Below are positions 10,320 through 22,727 of a DNA stretch of 64,000 nucleotides, in pieces. Both the position numbers and the translations under genes were made by a program. The DNA is from Takakia lepidozioides (Eukaryota > Plantae > Bryophyta). Under the pieces are notes generated by a model, which did no database searches, was not told where the DNA came from, and saw only the letters and a program-made list of their open reading frames with translations. The stretch's first letter is position 1. Each line of letters begins with the position of its first letter. Where the stretch lies: contig CM060732.1 in NCBI GenBank assembly GCA_030704615.1, positions 19,096,001 to 19,160,000 on the forward strand, in the 5' to 3' direction.

Positions 10320-13300
10320 ATTCTGAGTACACAGCAGGAGCTCTCACGATGGTGGGACAACCGCAATCGCAAGGTGTGGCTTTTCTTAATGTACGATGTG
10401 AAGAAGTTTGTCCAGCCTGCAAATCTTAGTTCAATCTCTGCCTCAGCTGCACCGTGGTGGTTCTTACATACCAATCCGGCATTACCTGACTACAGACACA
10501 AGCAACACACAAGAGGTCCTTTTGGGTTGATGGTCGGCCAAATCCTCCATGGGTCATGACACAAGGTCAAAGACAATGTGGTGAGGGCATCTTCTTCGAC
10601 CTATTTCAGCCTGTTTTGCCCTCTCATCAGACTCGGCCTTGAGATGCATATTGAATTCTGTAAGTTAGCTCATTGGGTACCATGATTTGGTATTCTTCAT
10701 GATGTTTACAAGGTTTTTGGGAGAGTAAGCTTGGTCTTAGCAGGCCGTGCCCTCCAAGGTCACGTTCATTCTACTCTCAAGGCATGTGCCAGCATAGGTG
10801 CCCTGGAAAAGGGAAAACAGGTCCAAGCTGACATTTTGAAAGCTGGAATTGCACCAAATGTCATTCTAGAGACTGCCCTTGCTGCCATGTAGGCCAAGTG
10901 CGGAGCATGAAGGAGGCCCGTCGAGTTTTCGACAATATGGCTGGACGAGATGTGGTTTCATTGTGCGATGATTGCTGTAGGATATGCTCAGCAAGGGTGT
11001 GGTCACCTTGGAGACCTATGAGCAAATGATATGGGAAGGGTGGGTACCGGACAAAGTCACATTCACGTCCGTTCTCAATGCATGTGGCAACCTAGCAGAC
11101 CTGGAAAAGGGCAAAAAGATCCATGCTGGTGTTATCAAAACCAGAATTGAGCCAAATATCGTCCTAGAAACTGCTCTTGCTAACATGTATGCCAAATGTG
11201 GGAACATGACGGATGCGCATCTAGTGTTTGACAATATGGCTCGACAAAATGTGGTCTCATGAAGTGCGATGATCGCAGGATATGCTCAGCTTGGATGTGG
11301 TAAAAAGGCTTTGGAGATCTATGAGCAAATGATACAGAAAGGGGTTATGCCCAACCAGGTAATGTTTGTGTGCGTTCTCAATGCATGTGCTAGCCTGGTG
11401 GACCTGGAAAAGGGCACAGAGATCCATGCTGACATCATCAAATATGGAATTAAGCCCAATATCATTCTGTAGAATACCCTTGTTGACATGTATGTCAAGT
11501 GCGGGGACTTAACAGATGCATGTCAAGTGTTTGAAAATATGGCAAACGAGATGTGGTCTCATGGAGTGCAATGATTTCAGGATATGCCCAACATGGATGT
11601 GGTAGGGAGGCTTTGGAGACATATGAGCGAATGATATGGGAAGGTGTGACATCCAATCTGGCATTACCTGACTACAGACACAAGCAACACACAAGAGGTT
11701 CTTCTGGGTTGATGGTCGGTCAAATCCTCCATGGGTCATGACACAAGGTCAAGGACAATGTGGTGAGGATCCACCTTCTTGTTCAATCTATTTCAGCCTG
11801 TTTCGCCCTCTCATCAGACTCGGCCCTGAGATGCATATTGAATTCTGTAAGTTAGCTCGTTGGGTGGATATGTGGTGGTTTGGAGTGACTTTGACAAGTA
11901 ACTGCCGCTGTGGCAGCAGGAAAGTATCCAAAAACAGATAACAGAGATGAGGAGAAGCTTTGGAATGAACGCAGGTTCCAGAAACAGGTAACAAAGACGA
12001 GGAGAAGCTGTGGAATGAATATTTTTCTGACCCCAGTCAATGGTGGGACAATCGAGGCAAAAAGGTGAATGCCTGTTACAGAGAGTAGGAGATGAAATTG
12101 AGCATAGGAACTAGTATGATAAGTTGAGTTGGGTGTTTCCTCGAAAAAATCTAGGCTGTCATTGTCAGCTGCTAGCAGCAACGCAAGGATGTATGCATGA
12201 TTTGTGCATGGATAGCTGAAGGAGTAGGGGATAGAGTGTGGGTCCAGATTCACTACTAATGAAGGCACCTTCTTCAACACATTTCACCCTGTTTTTCCCT
12301 CTTATCAGAATCGGCCCTAAATTTCCATGTTGAATTCTGCAAGTTAGCTGGTTGAGTGAATCTAGTTTGGAGTGACTTTGACATGATACTGCCAATGCGA
12401 CAACAGGAAAGTATCCAAAAATGGGTAACAGAGACGAGGAGAAGTTGTGGAATTAATACTTTTCTGACCCCAGTCAATGGTGGGAAAGGTGAATGCCTGT
12501 AAGATTACCAGATGTCATTCTGAACACTGCCCTGGTGGACATGTATGCCTTCCGAAGCTAGTTCACTTACTACACCCTTCTTGGAACTCGAAATCATGTT
12601 GAGAACTAAGATCTCTCTTGAGTTGGAGACAGGTGGACATTGCAGTACCAGAGGTTTTTGCTGCAGGCTTGCTAGGGTCAATGCTCATCTATTTGATTCA
12701 AAAAGGTGTGACACCCAACAATGTGACATTTGTTTGCCTTCTCACCGCATGTGCCAACTTGGCAGCCCTAGAAAATGGCAAGGAGGTTCATGCTGACATT
12801 ATCAAAGCTGGAATTGCACGAGATATCATTCTGGAGACAACCCTCATTGACATGTATGCCAAATGCAGGAGAATGAAGGATGCCTGTGAAGTGTTTGACA
12901 AAATGGTAGAACGGAATGTGGTCTCATGGAGTGCAATGATCGCAGGATATCTCAGCAGGGGTGTGGTAGGGAGGCTTTGGAGAGCTATGAGCAGATGATA
13001 CGAGAAGGGGTGTTGCCTGATAAGGTTACCTTTATTTGTGTTCTGAAGGCGGCTGCCAGCCTGGCAGCCCTGGAAAAGGGCATAGAGGTCCACACGGACA
13101 TCATTAAAGCTGGAATACTGACAGACAGCATTCTCGAGAATACCCTCGTTAACATGTATGCCAAGTGTAGGAGCTTGAAACATTCACGCCAAGTGTTCGA
13201 CAACATGGTTGAATGAGATGTGGTCTCGTGGAATGCGATTATTGCAGGATATGCTCAGCATGGGTGTGGCGGAGACGTTCTGCAACTGTTTGAAGAAATG

Positions 13301-13600
13301 CAACAAGAAGGCATGAAGCCAAGCATTATCACCTTTACATATGTTCTCTCTACATGTAGTCATGTGGGCCTGGTGGATGAAGGTTGCCATTACTTTGATT
13401 CCATGAGTCGGGATCATGGGCTCGCTCCCAAAGTGGAGCATTTTGGCTGCGTGGTAGACCTCCTGGGCCGCGCAGGCCACCTGAATGAGGCAGAGGACTT
13501 AATTAAAAGAATGCCAAATGAACCAGATGCTGCAGTGTGGGGGGCCTTGCTTGGTGCTTGCAGAATTTTTGGTAATGTGGATGTAGCAAAATGTGCAGCA
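10320..13600 (+). pseudogene. PLS-class PPR pseudogene (E domain, no DYW) interleaved with OSB-like PDF motif exons
   Basis: P-L-S triplets (VTFTSVLNAC..L.DLEKGK.IHA..IK...PN..LETAL..MYAKCG...DA..VFDNM...NVVSW.AMIAGYAQ.G.G..AL..YEQM) at 10760-11650, 12505-12549 and 12700-13600. Ends P2/L2/S2-E1 (HFGCVVDLLGRAGHLNEAEDLI..MP.EPDAAVWGALLGAC). Many stops/frameshifts (e.g. 10889, 11260, 11470, ~12950, 13214). Confidence 0.88.
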
Positions 13601-14117
13601 TATAAGAAACTTGCATGGGTAGATGGTCAACTGGAAGCCGCAGCAGCAACGGCACGTTTGATAAAATTACTTGACAAAAAACTGTTAGAGTTTTATCTCT
13701 TTTGAGTTGGAACCCTCAAATACCTGTGGTGTTCTCTGTCCTGAGCTCCATGCGGTAAAGAACCATCAGCAGATTGTGTTTGACCTTGTATCTTATCCAA
13801 GAAGAGGTCGACCAGCTCTCAATCCAGAGGACCTCCTTTGTGCGCATCTTCAAATCCGGTGATCTCGGATTTTTCTGTGAAAACCACTGGTGGGCAGCTG
13901 AGCAGCAAGACTTTTGATCACAGCCTCATGTATACCCAGCTACAACTACCAAAGCTCCACAAACTTTGCTTTAAACAACAGGCCACAAACTTTGAGCAAG
14001 CCACCTTCAGTGTTGTATCAGAATAATTCAACCACTAGCAGCTGCGACTTGACATGAAACTTTAGGGCCGATTCTGATAAGAGGGAAAAACAAGGTGAAA
14101 TGTGTTGACGAAGGTGA
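10471..14117. repeat. Locally duplicated segments of the PPR/PDF locus
   Basis: Direct copies 10471-10678 and 11653-11865; diverged direct copy of 11775-12075 at ~12267-12500; inverted partial copy at ~14055-14117 (reverse complement of ~12267-12330). Confidence 0.85.
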
Positions 14118-14429
14118 CACAACAACAAATGCTCAGAAGATGAGAAGCAAAACAGCCTTGTTGGATCCACCTATCAGTAGCAGCCCCCCTGTGCCATAGC
14201 CATATTTAAGTGTGCAAGCAGTTCATATGAAGAACTCTCTAAGATTTTCAGTCTGTCTTTAAAGCAATTGACCCCTCACATGTGACATTTGGTACAGAAT
14301 GAAGGGCAGTATATAGAGGGATGCAACTATACCACTAGGGCAGCTTAGAACCTTCTGAACTTTGTCAACATGAATCAAACGAGTTAGGCATGACATCACC
14401 TTGAGTAGCAGTGCCTGTCGCTACGGGAA

Positions 14430-16348
14430 AGTTAGTTGATTGTGAGCCGTGATGTAATCTGCAACGAGACCATCACGTCGGGCTCTCATGTTCATGTACC
14501 TCAAGAGACTTCGAAAGCATTGGGAGACGCTCAAGCGGCACATGAAGAGTCCTTTGGAGTACATGATGGCGAATCAACCCAAACTTCTAACTGCAACTAG
14601 CTAGTTGGAGAGTTAACGGTTGACATACCAATTGTTGAGGATGATGCCGAGCATGTTTTGATCGAGGACTCACAGCCTGTGCCTAGGAAAAATATACTAG
14701 CTACACGAAAGTGTGAACAAGGGACTAAGGAAGCACCTTCAAAGGAGGTAACGATGCCCACAAAGACATTTGCTCGGCTGACCAAAGGGGCACCTTCAAG
14801 TCTATTAGACTTTGCTTGCATGGTGACTACAAACGAGCCACTGACAATTTCTGAAGCTTTGCAGAGAGAAGATGGGTCACTTTGGAAGTAGGCAGCCGAT
14901 GAGGAGTACCATTCTTTGTTGAAGAATGGTACATGGTCTTTGACAAACCTTCATGAGGGAAAATGGCCGGCCATAGGAAACAATTGGATCTTCAAAATTA
15001 AGCAAAAAGCAAATGGTTGATACAAAGCGAGGTTGGTAGCAAACTTGGATTTGCACAGACAAAGGGTGTTGATTTTGATGAGACCTACGCACCACTGGCA
15101 AAATCTTCCTCCATTAGAACTTTGTTTGCCCTTGGAGCAATCTACAATTTCGAAATACACCAGATGGACGTGAAAAGTGCTTTCTTGAATGGAGACCTAA
15201 TAGAAGATATTTATATGGTCCAACTCATTGGATATGAACTCTCCGATGACAAAGACTTGGTGTGTAAACTGAACAAGGCTATATATGGCTTGAAGCAAGC
15301 ACATAAGGTTTGGGATGCAAAGATCAACACATCACTTCAGAAACTTGGCTTCAAAAGGTGTGAGTCAGATCAAAGTGTTTACTTAATCAGAGAGAAAAAT
15401 GATATATATGCTTATGTTTCTAGCACTTTATCTTGATGATTTTTCTCATCTTGAGTGGAAGTATTCAGTCCATAAACATGGTTAAGAAGTTTCTTAGTCA
15501 TGAGTTTGAAATGAAGGATCTGGGAAAGTAGAATATTGTTTGGGTATCCATATCATCGATTCCGCGACATGGGGAACAAAACCATTAGTTTGGGTCAAGG
15601 CAAATATATAAGAGACGTTCTCCGACGTTTCGATATTGAAGAGTGCAAGCCAATAAGCACACCCCTCGATATTAATTGCAAGTTTTCCAAGGTTGATGAG
15701 CCCATGACAATAGAAGAGGCTGATGATAAGAATGGAGTGCCTTATAGAGAAGCTATAGGTAGTCTCATGTAAGGGGGCAATAGCCATGAAGCGCTCTTAG
15801 TTACGCCAGTTGCGGTCGGAGTCTTCTCTCTCTCTCGCTAGTCTCATGTATGCAATGATCGCCACTAGACTTGACATTTCTACAGTGATTGGAGTTGTGA
15901 GGCAGTTCACTGAAGCACCGCAAGCTATTCAGTGGAAAGCTGTCAAAGGGATCTTCAGGTATTTACAGGGTACAAAAGACTTTTGGCTTCAATACTCCGG
16001 ATCACAACCTGAAATATTTGTCTCTGGCTCATGCGATGCAGATTGGGGAGGTGACCTAGATAGTAGGAGATCAACCATAGGATTTGCTTTCTGCTAGCGG
16101 AGTACGCCGGTGTTGTTAGCTGGTTTAGCAAAAGGCAGCCAACAGTGGCTCTTTCCATGACAGAGGCAGAATACATGTCTGCCTCCCAAGCAACTCGTGA
16201 AGCGATGTGGCTCAGAACATTTCTTGGTGAGCTTGGTGAGGCGACCCTGATTATGATGGACAATCAAGGGAGCATTGCACTCATCAAGAATCCAGTTCAT
16301 CACAATAGGTCAAAGCACATTGACATTTGTCATCACTATGTTAGAGAA
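14430..16348 (+). mobile_element. Ty1/copia pol remnant (integrase end, RT, RNase H), no LTRs found
   Basis: VSRDV.CNE; NEPLTISEAL; GVDFDETYAPLAK; HQMDVKSAFLNGDL; KLNKAIYGLKQA; DADWGGDLDSRRST; EAEY; DNQGSIAL..NPVHHNRSKHIDI. Multiple stops and frameshifts. Confidence 0.92.
15772..15838 (+). mobile_element. 67-bp 5'-truncated LINE 3' end (or SINE) with (CT)n tail and 12-bp TSD
   Basis: Flanked by TAGTCTCATGTA at 15760-15771 and 15839-15850. Removing the insert plus one TSD restores copia REAIGSLMYAMIATR. Insert is homologous to the reverse complement of 16349-16420. Confidence 0.85.
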
Positions 16349-17220
16349 AGAGAGAGAAGACTTCAGCCGAGGCCGGCATAACTAAGAGCCACTTCGCCTT
16401 GTGGCGACTGTCCCTTTTGGGGGTGGACCCTATAAAGAAAGCAAATGTCTAGGAGACACCATGTAGCCACTGGAAGGTGGTACCTTGGGTATCCAGGGGT
16501 ACCGAAGTTGCTGGAGGAGGATTGGATTCAAGTTGCCGTTTGTTGGTAATGATGGCCGTGAGAGAACGAAGTGTCATGAGGTGTATTGATTTAAAGCATT
16601 TGTGGATAGGGGTGATAAGGATTTTAAAGTTTTCGTGGAGTGCAGAGATATTGGCATTGTGGATGCCCCCTCTAGTGCCTGCAGTGATGACAGTAAGTGG
16701 GTTGGCGGCCTATCCTCGTTGTTGGATAGCTAGGATGAACGGGGCATATTTGTGGCATTTTTCTAGGGTGGAGGTGCTAGGGTATCTGTCGTGGCAGTAT
16801 GTAAATTTGACAAAATATATGGTAAGGGTTGGGGATGGGGCAGTGGGTGGGGGGGCGTAATTTATGTAGACCTTGGACCTACTGGATGTCTGGGCATAGT
16901 CTGGTGGGACATGTACAGGGTGAGTGAGGCTCGCAAGCGCATGGGAGTAGCAAAGGGAGTAGCCATATGGGAACAATATGGTTAGGGGGTCGTCATTAGT
17001 AGGTGCCAACGTTAATAAGCAAGAACTATCTAGTTTCAGGGCGGCTTGATAGGAGTTTATGGATGTGCCCGATTGCATGTGCCATGGTTGTGCCCGGTTA
17101 TACAAAGTCCATGGATGACAGGGTGAATACATTGGCTAAGTAGGTGGGGCCAGGTGTCAGTTGCGTGTGGATGTGTGAGCAAAGTGGGCAGTTGGGGGAC
17201 GGGTATAGGTTTGTTGAGTA
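16349..17220 (-). mobile_element. 3' fragment of a non-LTR retrotransposon with restriction-like endonuclease (RLE)
   Basis: Minus strand, frameshifted: CPLC...DTWPHLLSQC (CCHC knuckle), ITGHNH (RHN-like), TRLCPDI (RxPD), IYFVKFTYCHDRYP....EKCHKY....IQQRG*....VITAGTRGGIH. Short 3' UTR then CT-repeat tail abutting the copia RNase H. Confidence 0.75.
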
Positions 17221-20200
17221 TTCTAACCCACACACGTGGGAGTTACTGCTCTCAAGGAAAGGGCATGTATTAAAATCCTACTGGTGAAGACTATGATATC
17301 ACCCCATTTGCTACTCGCTTGCTTCAGCGTGTGCCCTCTCAATCGTCTATTGTCTATGTTACTATGTACTGATCAGTACTCTCCCTTGGATTATTATCTA
17401 CATGGAAGAACTAGATCGCTCACATGGAAGAGAGAGGAACATAACATAATTACAGATTCACAAGAAGTTATTGCTGATTTGAATTAATATGGGAGAGACC
17501 ACTTTCCGCAATGAACATATTTAATTAAGAGAGAACATTCATGAGGGATCAGAGAAAGGAGCGAGTGGTGCATCTAACAATTTATGCGTCTTTCTTACAA
17601 TGCCAGCTGGGAATCCTTACATGAAACTGCAGCCTGGGCAACAGGAGACAATCTTGACTAAGGGCCTCGCTGTGAGAATAGCTAGCTGCATGGCACTGAC
17701 GTATTCCCTAAGATGTACAACCAGCGACTTCATGAGCACCAGATCATTAGCGATGACATTCATGATAATCCATGAAGAGTATGTACAGTGGTACTTAACA
17801 CTTCTTGCAGTTGGTATTAAATCAGCTGGCATGCCCCTGCAGGCATGTTCCTGTCGATCTCTGCAAGTGCAAACACTTCACTGGACGTGGAGTGCGCATG
17901 CCCAGATAATTATAAGAGTCACACGGTTGCAATGAGATTCAGAATGCACATTGAATCCGCTGCCCACTATAGATCTAGGCGCTCCAGTCGGCTCTCACTT
18001 CGCCATGCTATTGTCTAGATTTTCTCAAAATGATGGCATGGGCTCTAGCAGTACTACAAATGAAAGTGTCGCTCGGGTGACAGGGGCCATTTAGCATATG
18101 AACAAGAATGAGCGAGATGATTAGTACTGCGCCTGGCAGCCCACCCAACATCATGACTCACAAGACTCCCAAGGCCACCTATATAATTACTCCCCAACAC
18201 GACCTTCGACTACTTTCCCAATCGTCCCTAGATAACTTCCAACAAAGCTTCTCAGACCTTCTTCCATCTGCTTGCTCCCCAGCACCCCATTTTCAGTACC
18301 CACAACCGAAGCGTCGAAACTCAAGAGACCGAGACGACTTCATCCGAACGGCCTCGGGCGGAGGGCCCGAGCACGGGCGGGCACGGGGTGGGGCCCGCAT
18401 TGTAGCGCCGGGCCGTATGATTCGAGATCGCGGGGCCAATCCACAACCCACGAGTTTGCCGATCTAATATCTTGCGCGCTGTGTATATTATTTGCAGGGC
18501 AGAGCGCTGGAAATTGTCGTGTGCATGCAAAGCCCACGAACAGCGTTGCTCACCGTTGAATCCCCCGCGCTTCAGTTGTACCGCAGAGGATGAACGGTCG
18601 GATGCGATGGACGCTCCCTCAAGTACTAGCTTGTTATGTAGGGACTAACTATATTGAGACGCGGTGTATCACGTTCATTGAAAGCAGAGCCAGATGCTCA
18701 ACTGTCTCGTATAATTTTCTCAAATATAAGTATTCTATAGATCTTACCTGTAGATCTTTAGCACGCCCCCGTCTGAGCCGAGTCAAAAGATTCCCTCCCC
18801 AAGTTCTTTCGATGATCAGGAGGTCCGAATCTTCCACCGTTTCCACATATCTGTACGTACGACGGCCATGGCCAGATTTGGTCCAACGTGTTTGGATGAC
18901 ACTCCGACAGAAGATATTATAACGGGAGGGAAATAGAACAGCAGCCCTCCAATAAAATACACCGCAGCCGGGGTTGAGTCCTACATCATGCGTGCAGAGT
19001 GGTGCATGGTATGAGGGTGGTGTATATGTGCATGTCTACGATGTATGGGAGTTGCAAAATAAATTGTCACATACCGTAGTCTACGGTAATTTGCACGAGA
19101 TTTGCACATGATCTGATATATCGGAAGAAACTTCAGATAACTTACCAGAAGACAAAGCAGCTCGAGAATATGATAGCCACTCAAATAGTCGAAGCCGTGG
19201 GCAAGTAGCCCAGGGGCAGCCAGTGCAATCTTCACTAGTGCCAAGAGATGGAGTGATGGAGTACAATATTACGATGGTTACATTGCCTTGAATTGCCAAG
19301 CTTTGACTCCGGATTTTGAGGCGTCCGTCCTCCTTCCAACATATAGCATCACTGTGCTGTCAGTCTCCTCATTTATAAATTCACATTGAAAGCATTTTTG
19401 GAAGAAAGTTGCCCAGTACTGAAGCTTGCAAAAGGAACAAGTTTGTTGGTTACTGATTGCATGAAGCATACAGTGTGTTCGAGTAGCCTGGCCAGCCCAT
19501 ATTGAAGTATCTAGATCCGCCTCATATATACAGAGAGTGTGATCTAGAGTGTACTCTCTGCTGCTTAACCTGCAAGTTGTTTTAATTTTCTACAACTTGT
19601 AAATAAGACCTTCATTGACCATATGTTCCAGTAGTTTTTTTTGGGCGGATAGTTTTCATATATATTTTGGGGCACAGCTTATTATGATGGTCCAAGAGAT
19701 CTCTAAAATATACAAGTTTTCAACAGATGCAAATGCTGCTAGGCTTCGATCCTCACTTTCAAGCAAGAAAATATCAGCGAAGAAATAATAGAGCTCTGAG
19801 GTAGCCTTCATTTGAACCTGCCTGGTCTTTAAGTATAATTAGTTGCTCTTTAAATTGCATAAGCAAAGATTTAGCTTGGTTGCAATTCAGTTATGGCTGT
19901 ATAAGATTGCAACATTTGCAAATGCATTGTCCAAGCCTCAATGCATGGCCAAGCCCCAATGCATCATACAATCTTACAAAAGCAACAATTGCAAATGTTA
20001 CATCTAGGCGGGTGAAAGCATGCTAATGTGTACCACTGACACTCCTAAAAATGACTAAATTTTGACTGTTGGCGCGTTACATCGCGGCCGCGTGGACATG
20101 ACATGTTGCGATGAAAACGTGATGAAATTTACAGATGATAGTGGGCACCTCAACCCCATCCATCGGATGCTCGTACACCCTCTTGTACACCTCCAATTTT

Positions 20201-21809
20201 GCTCGTACACTGCTAATTTTGAGTTTATGATACTAACTCGACTTCCGTTTACCACCATTTGTTTCCCCTCATCGTATCCAAGCCGGGTTTGGTGTGTTTG
20301 ATGCCTACTTCAGTGCTACAGATGCTCGTATAATTTTTAGGAGTTTATTTGATATATTTTTAATATTAAAACAATTTGCAATGAATGATACACTATTTGT
20401 AAGAACTCATTTTGGCCTCAAATTCAAAATTGGAGGACCTTGTAGCCATTTCAAGGACATGACCTTCTTTCTTTTCAGTAGCTCAACACTTTTGGTGAAA
20501 GAACTATATTCAAATTTTGAGGTTTAGTAGTATCAAAGTTTGGTGCCCCTAAGTTATGCATACCGCTTAGGACTCATTTTCACACCCATAACATGTGAAG
20601 GTCCTATCAGGGATTTTCATGTGCTTATGTAAGGTATGGAAGAATGCAAAAAAGATAGTAGACCTACAAAACCAGAAAAACCCATTATCATAGGAATTTT
20701 CACTTTGTGCTATTCAAGACTCCTTTAGGACCCCTTAAACTTGTCAAATCACAAAACAATTATATGGGCACAACAAGAACTTCAAGGGCTTTCTAATGAT
20801 ATAATGTGTCTATGGTTTCATACTGAACTCAATATCCTAAATTTGGATCGATTGCGCCATATGTGCTGGAAAACAGTTTGTGACATCATTTTTAGGTCCT
20901 ATTAGTGTGCTTTGACCCAGGCACTAGAAGACTAATTCCTTTGTAAAGTCAGTGAGTGACTTAGGGAGTTTGTCCAATCTATCATGGTGGCAAAGATACT
21001 TGTCATGACTGGGTCAACCCAAAGATCCTTCAAAGCTAAAGATCAAAGTCCAGGCCACAGTATTTTTGGGGAAAATGACCCACATGTACTTGTGAACAAA
21101 TCTTGTTTGGCCAGCAATGAGCTGTCATCACCTCATTTTCATGCGATTTTATCAAAGGAATTAGGTGGTTTACATGGTGTTCGACATGAGACATTTTGAA
21201 CTGTTCCGATCCATATGATGAGGAATCTAGCTGATGAGCTTAGGTGTGACGATGATGCTTACATATGTCCCTCTAATCGCTTCACGACTGTAGTGTCCAG
21301 GCCAAGTTAGAGTTTTATCTAAGTTCCATCATTGTGCAACTGGAACCCAAAAGCATGCACAACATACGAAACTTACTTTGCTCCCTTAGGGTTGTTTGGT
21401 GGGTCATTGTGATTTTCTTATATTTGTTGGTCAGGAGACTTTGATGTACTGATTAATTGTTTGGGAGTCCTCCTGTTGTTGTTTTCTGGAGTTGTCAGTT
21501 TTTCTTGTTGTTTATTGAGTTGGGTCATTCTGCGTCTTCATGTGGCTGCTTGGAAAACAATGCAGGCAGTACCATTGACGTCCGGAGTCTTTCACTTTTG
21601 AGTACATTGGATGGTGTAGCCTACCGACCAGTTATATGTAACAACTGTACTTTTAAAGAAGTTGATCGTACATGGTGTTTCTCTTAAGTAGTAAAAGGTG
21701 TTGGAATGAGAACAATAAAGTTAGAACATAGCTGGGGAGGGTTAAGTACGGGTGGAAGAAGGGACAAGCACGGGTGTACTTGCTGACGTATGCGATTGAT
21801 CTGGCAGGA

Positions 21810-22513
21810 TGTTAGGTGCCAGGAACGAAGATCTTGACCTGTCAACCAATTTGGAATAACAAGAGACTGCTAGAATATCGCCGAACTGACAGTTGCAGGT
21901 AAAATGGAGCAGGCTCGGGTGCATGAAGAGATCCAGGACTAGGGATTTAAAAAGTATGCGTGGAGATGGCAAGATGGCGTACAGGCGCCTGGAGCAGATC
22001 TGGATGCGCGTGAAAGCTGATTTGTAGCACGGCGTGGTGGCTGGGACCGGATGCTATAGCCGGTGCTGTGCTTTTAGAGTGTAGATTGATGTTGGAATAG
22101 GTGTTGCTGGCCTTTGGTGCCTTGCAGCGGCAAGGACTATGACTTCTCTTTTGTATAGAGTGTTGGTGTAAATCCTGTGACTAAGGTTTCATCAAGAGTT
22201 GATTTGAAGAGGGGCAGTTTAGATCTGATTCCAGTCACTGTTTGGAATAAGAAAGGTTCGCTTTAAGGCTTGTGAATATGCTTTTGTGAAGAACAGGGCT
22301 GAACGATCGTGGAGTGAAGTGATCTCTGTTACGATCCGAGTTAGAGAATTGTGACTGGAATAAAAGAGGCTGGTTACAGAAGGTCTATACTGTTGTGGAT
22401 TCAAGCATGCAGTTCTCTAGGGATTATGATAAATTCCCTGTGAATAGCAAGATAAACAAAGTGCCTGAAATTGGTCATAGTCAGACTGAGGAAAGAGAGT
22501 CAGATACTTTTCA
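21810..22513 (+). repeat. 5' LTR (704 bp)
   Basis: TGTTAGGTGCCAGG...GATACTTTTCA; homologous to 25683-26407. Confidence 0.95.
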
Positions 22514-22515
22514 AG

Positions 22516-22527
22516 TGGTATCGGAGC
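22516..22527 (+). promoter_or_regulatory. Primer binding site, tRNA-iMet type
   Basis: TGGTATCGGAGC, one mismatch to the canonical TGGTATCAGAGC, 2 nt after the LTR. Confidence 0.9.
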
Positions 22528-22727
22528 CGTTTTGCGATCGGGGAGAACAGATTGTGAATTTCGGAATTTCCAGAAGTAGGGTAATCGTGTGAATGAGCCA
22601 GATCTCGTTCGGCTCTGTGAGCACACACCCCGGTGACGACGATCAGGATAGTGAAATGGCGGGAGACCGTGAGCGCTCAGATGCGGCCAGTCTGCACTGA
22701 GCTTCAAATCGCGAACGTGGAAGTCAG

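Noticed and set aside
13560-13900. DYW deaminase domain after the PPR E motif
   Set aside because: Similarity stops in E1 at AKCAA, and no PG box, HxE or CxxC motif was seen downstream.
17230-21690. Short ORFs and repeat-like DNA between the LINE and the chromovirus
   Set aside because: No recognisable domains, consistent splice structure or termini could be supported by eye.
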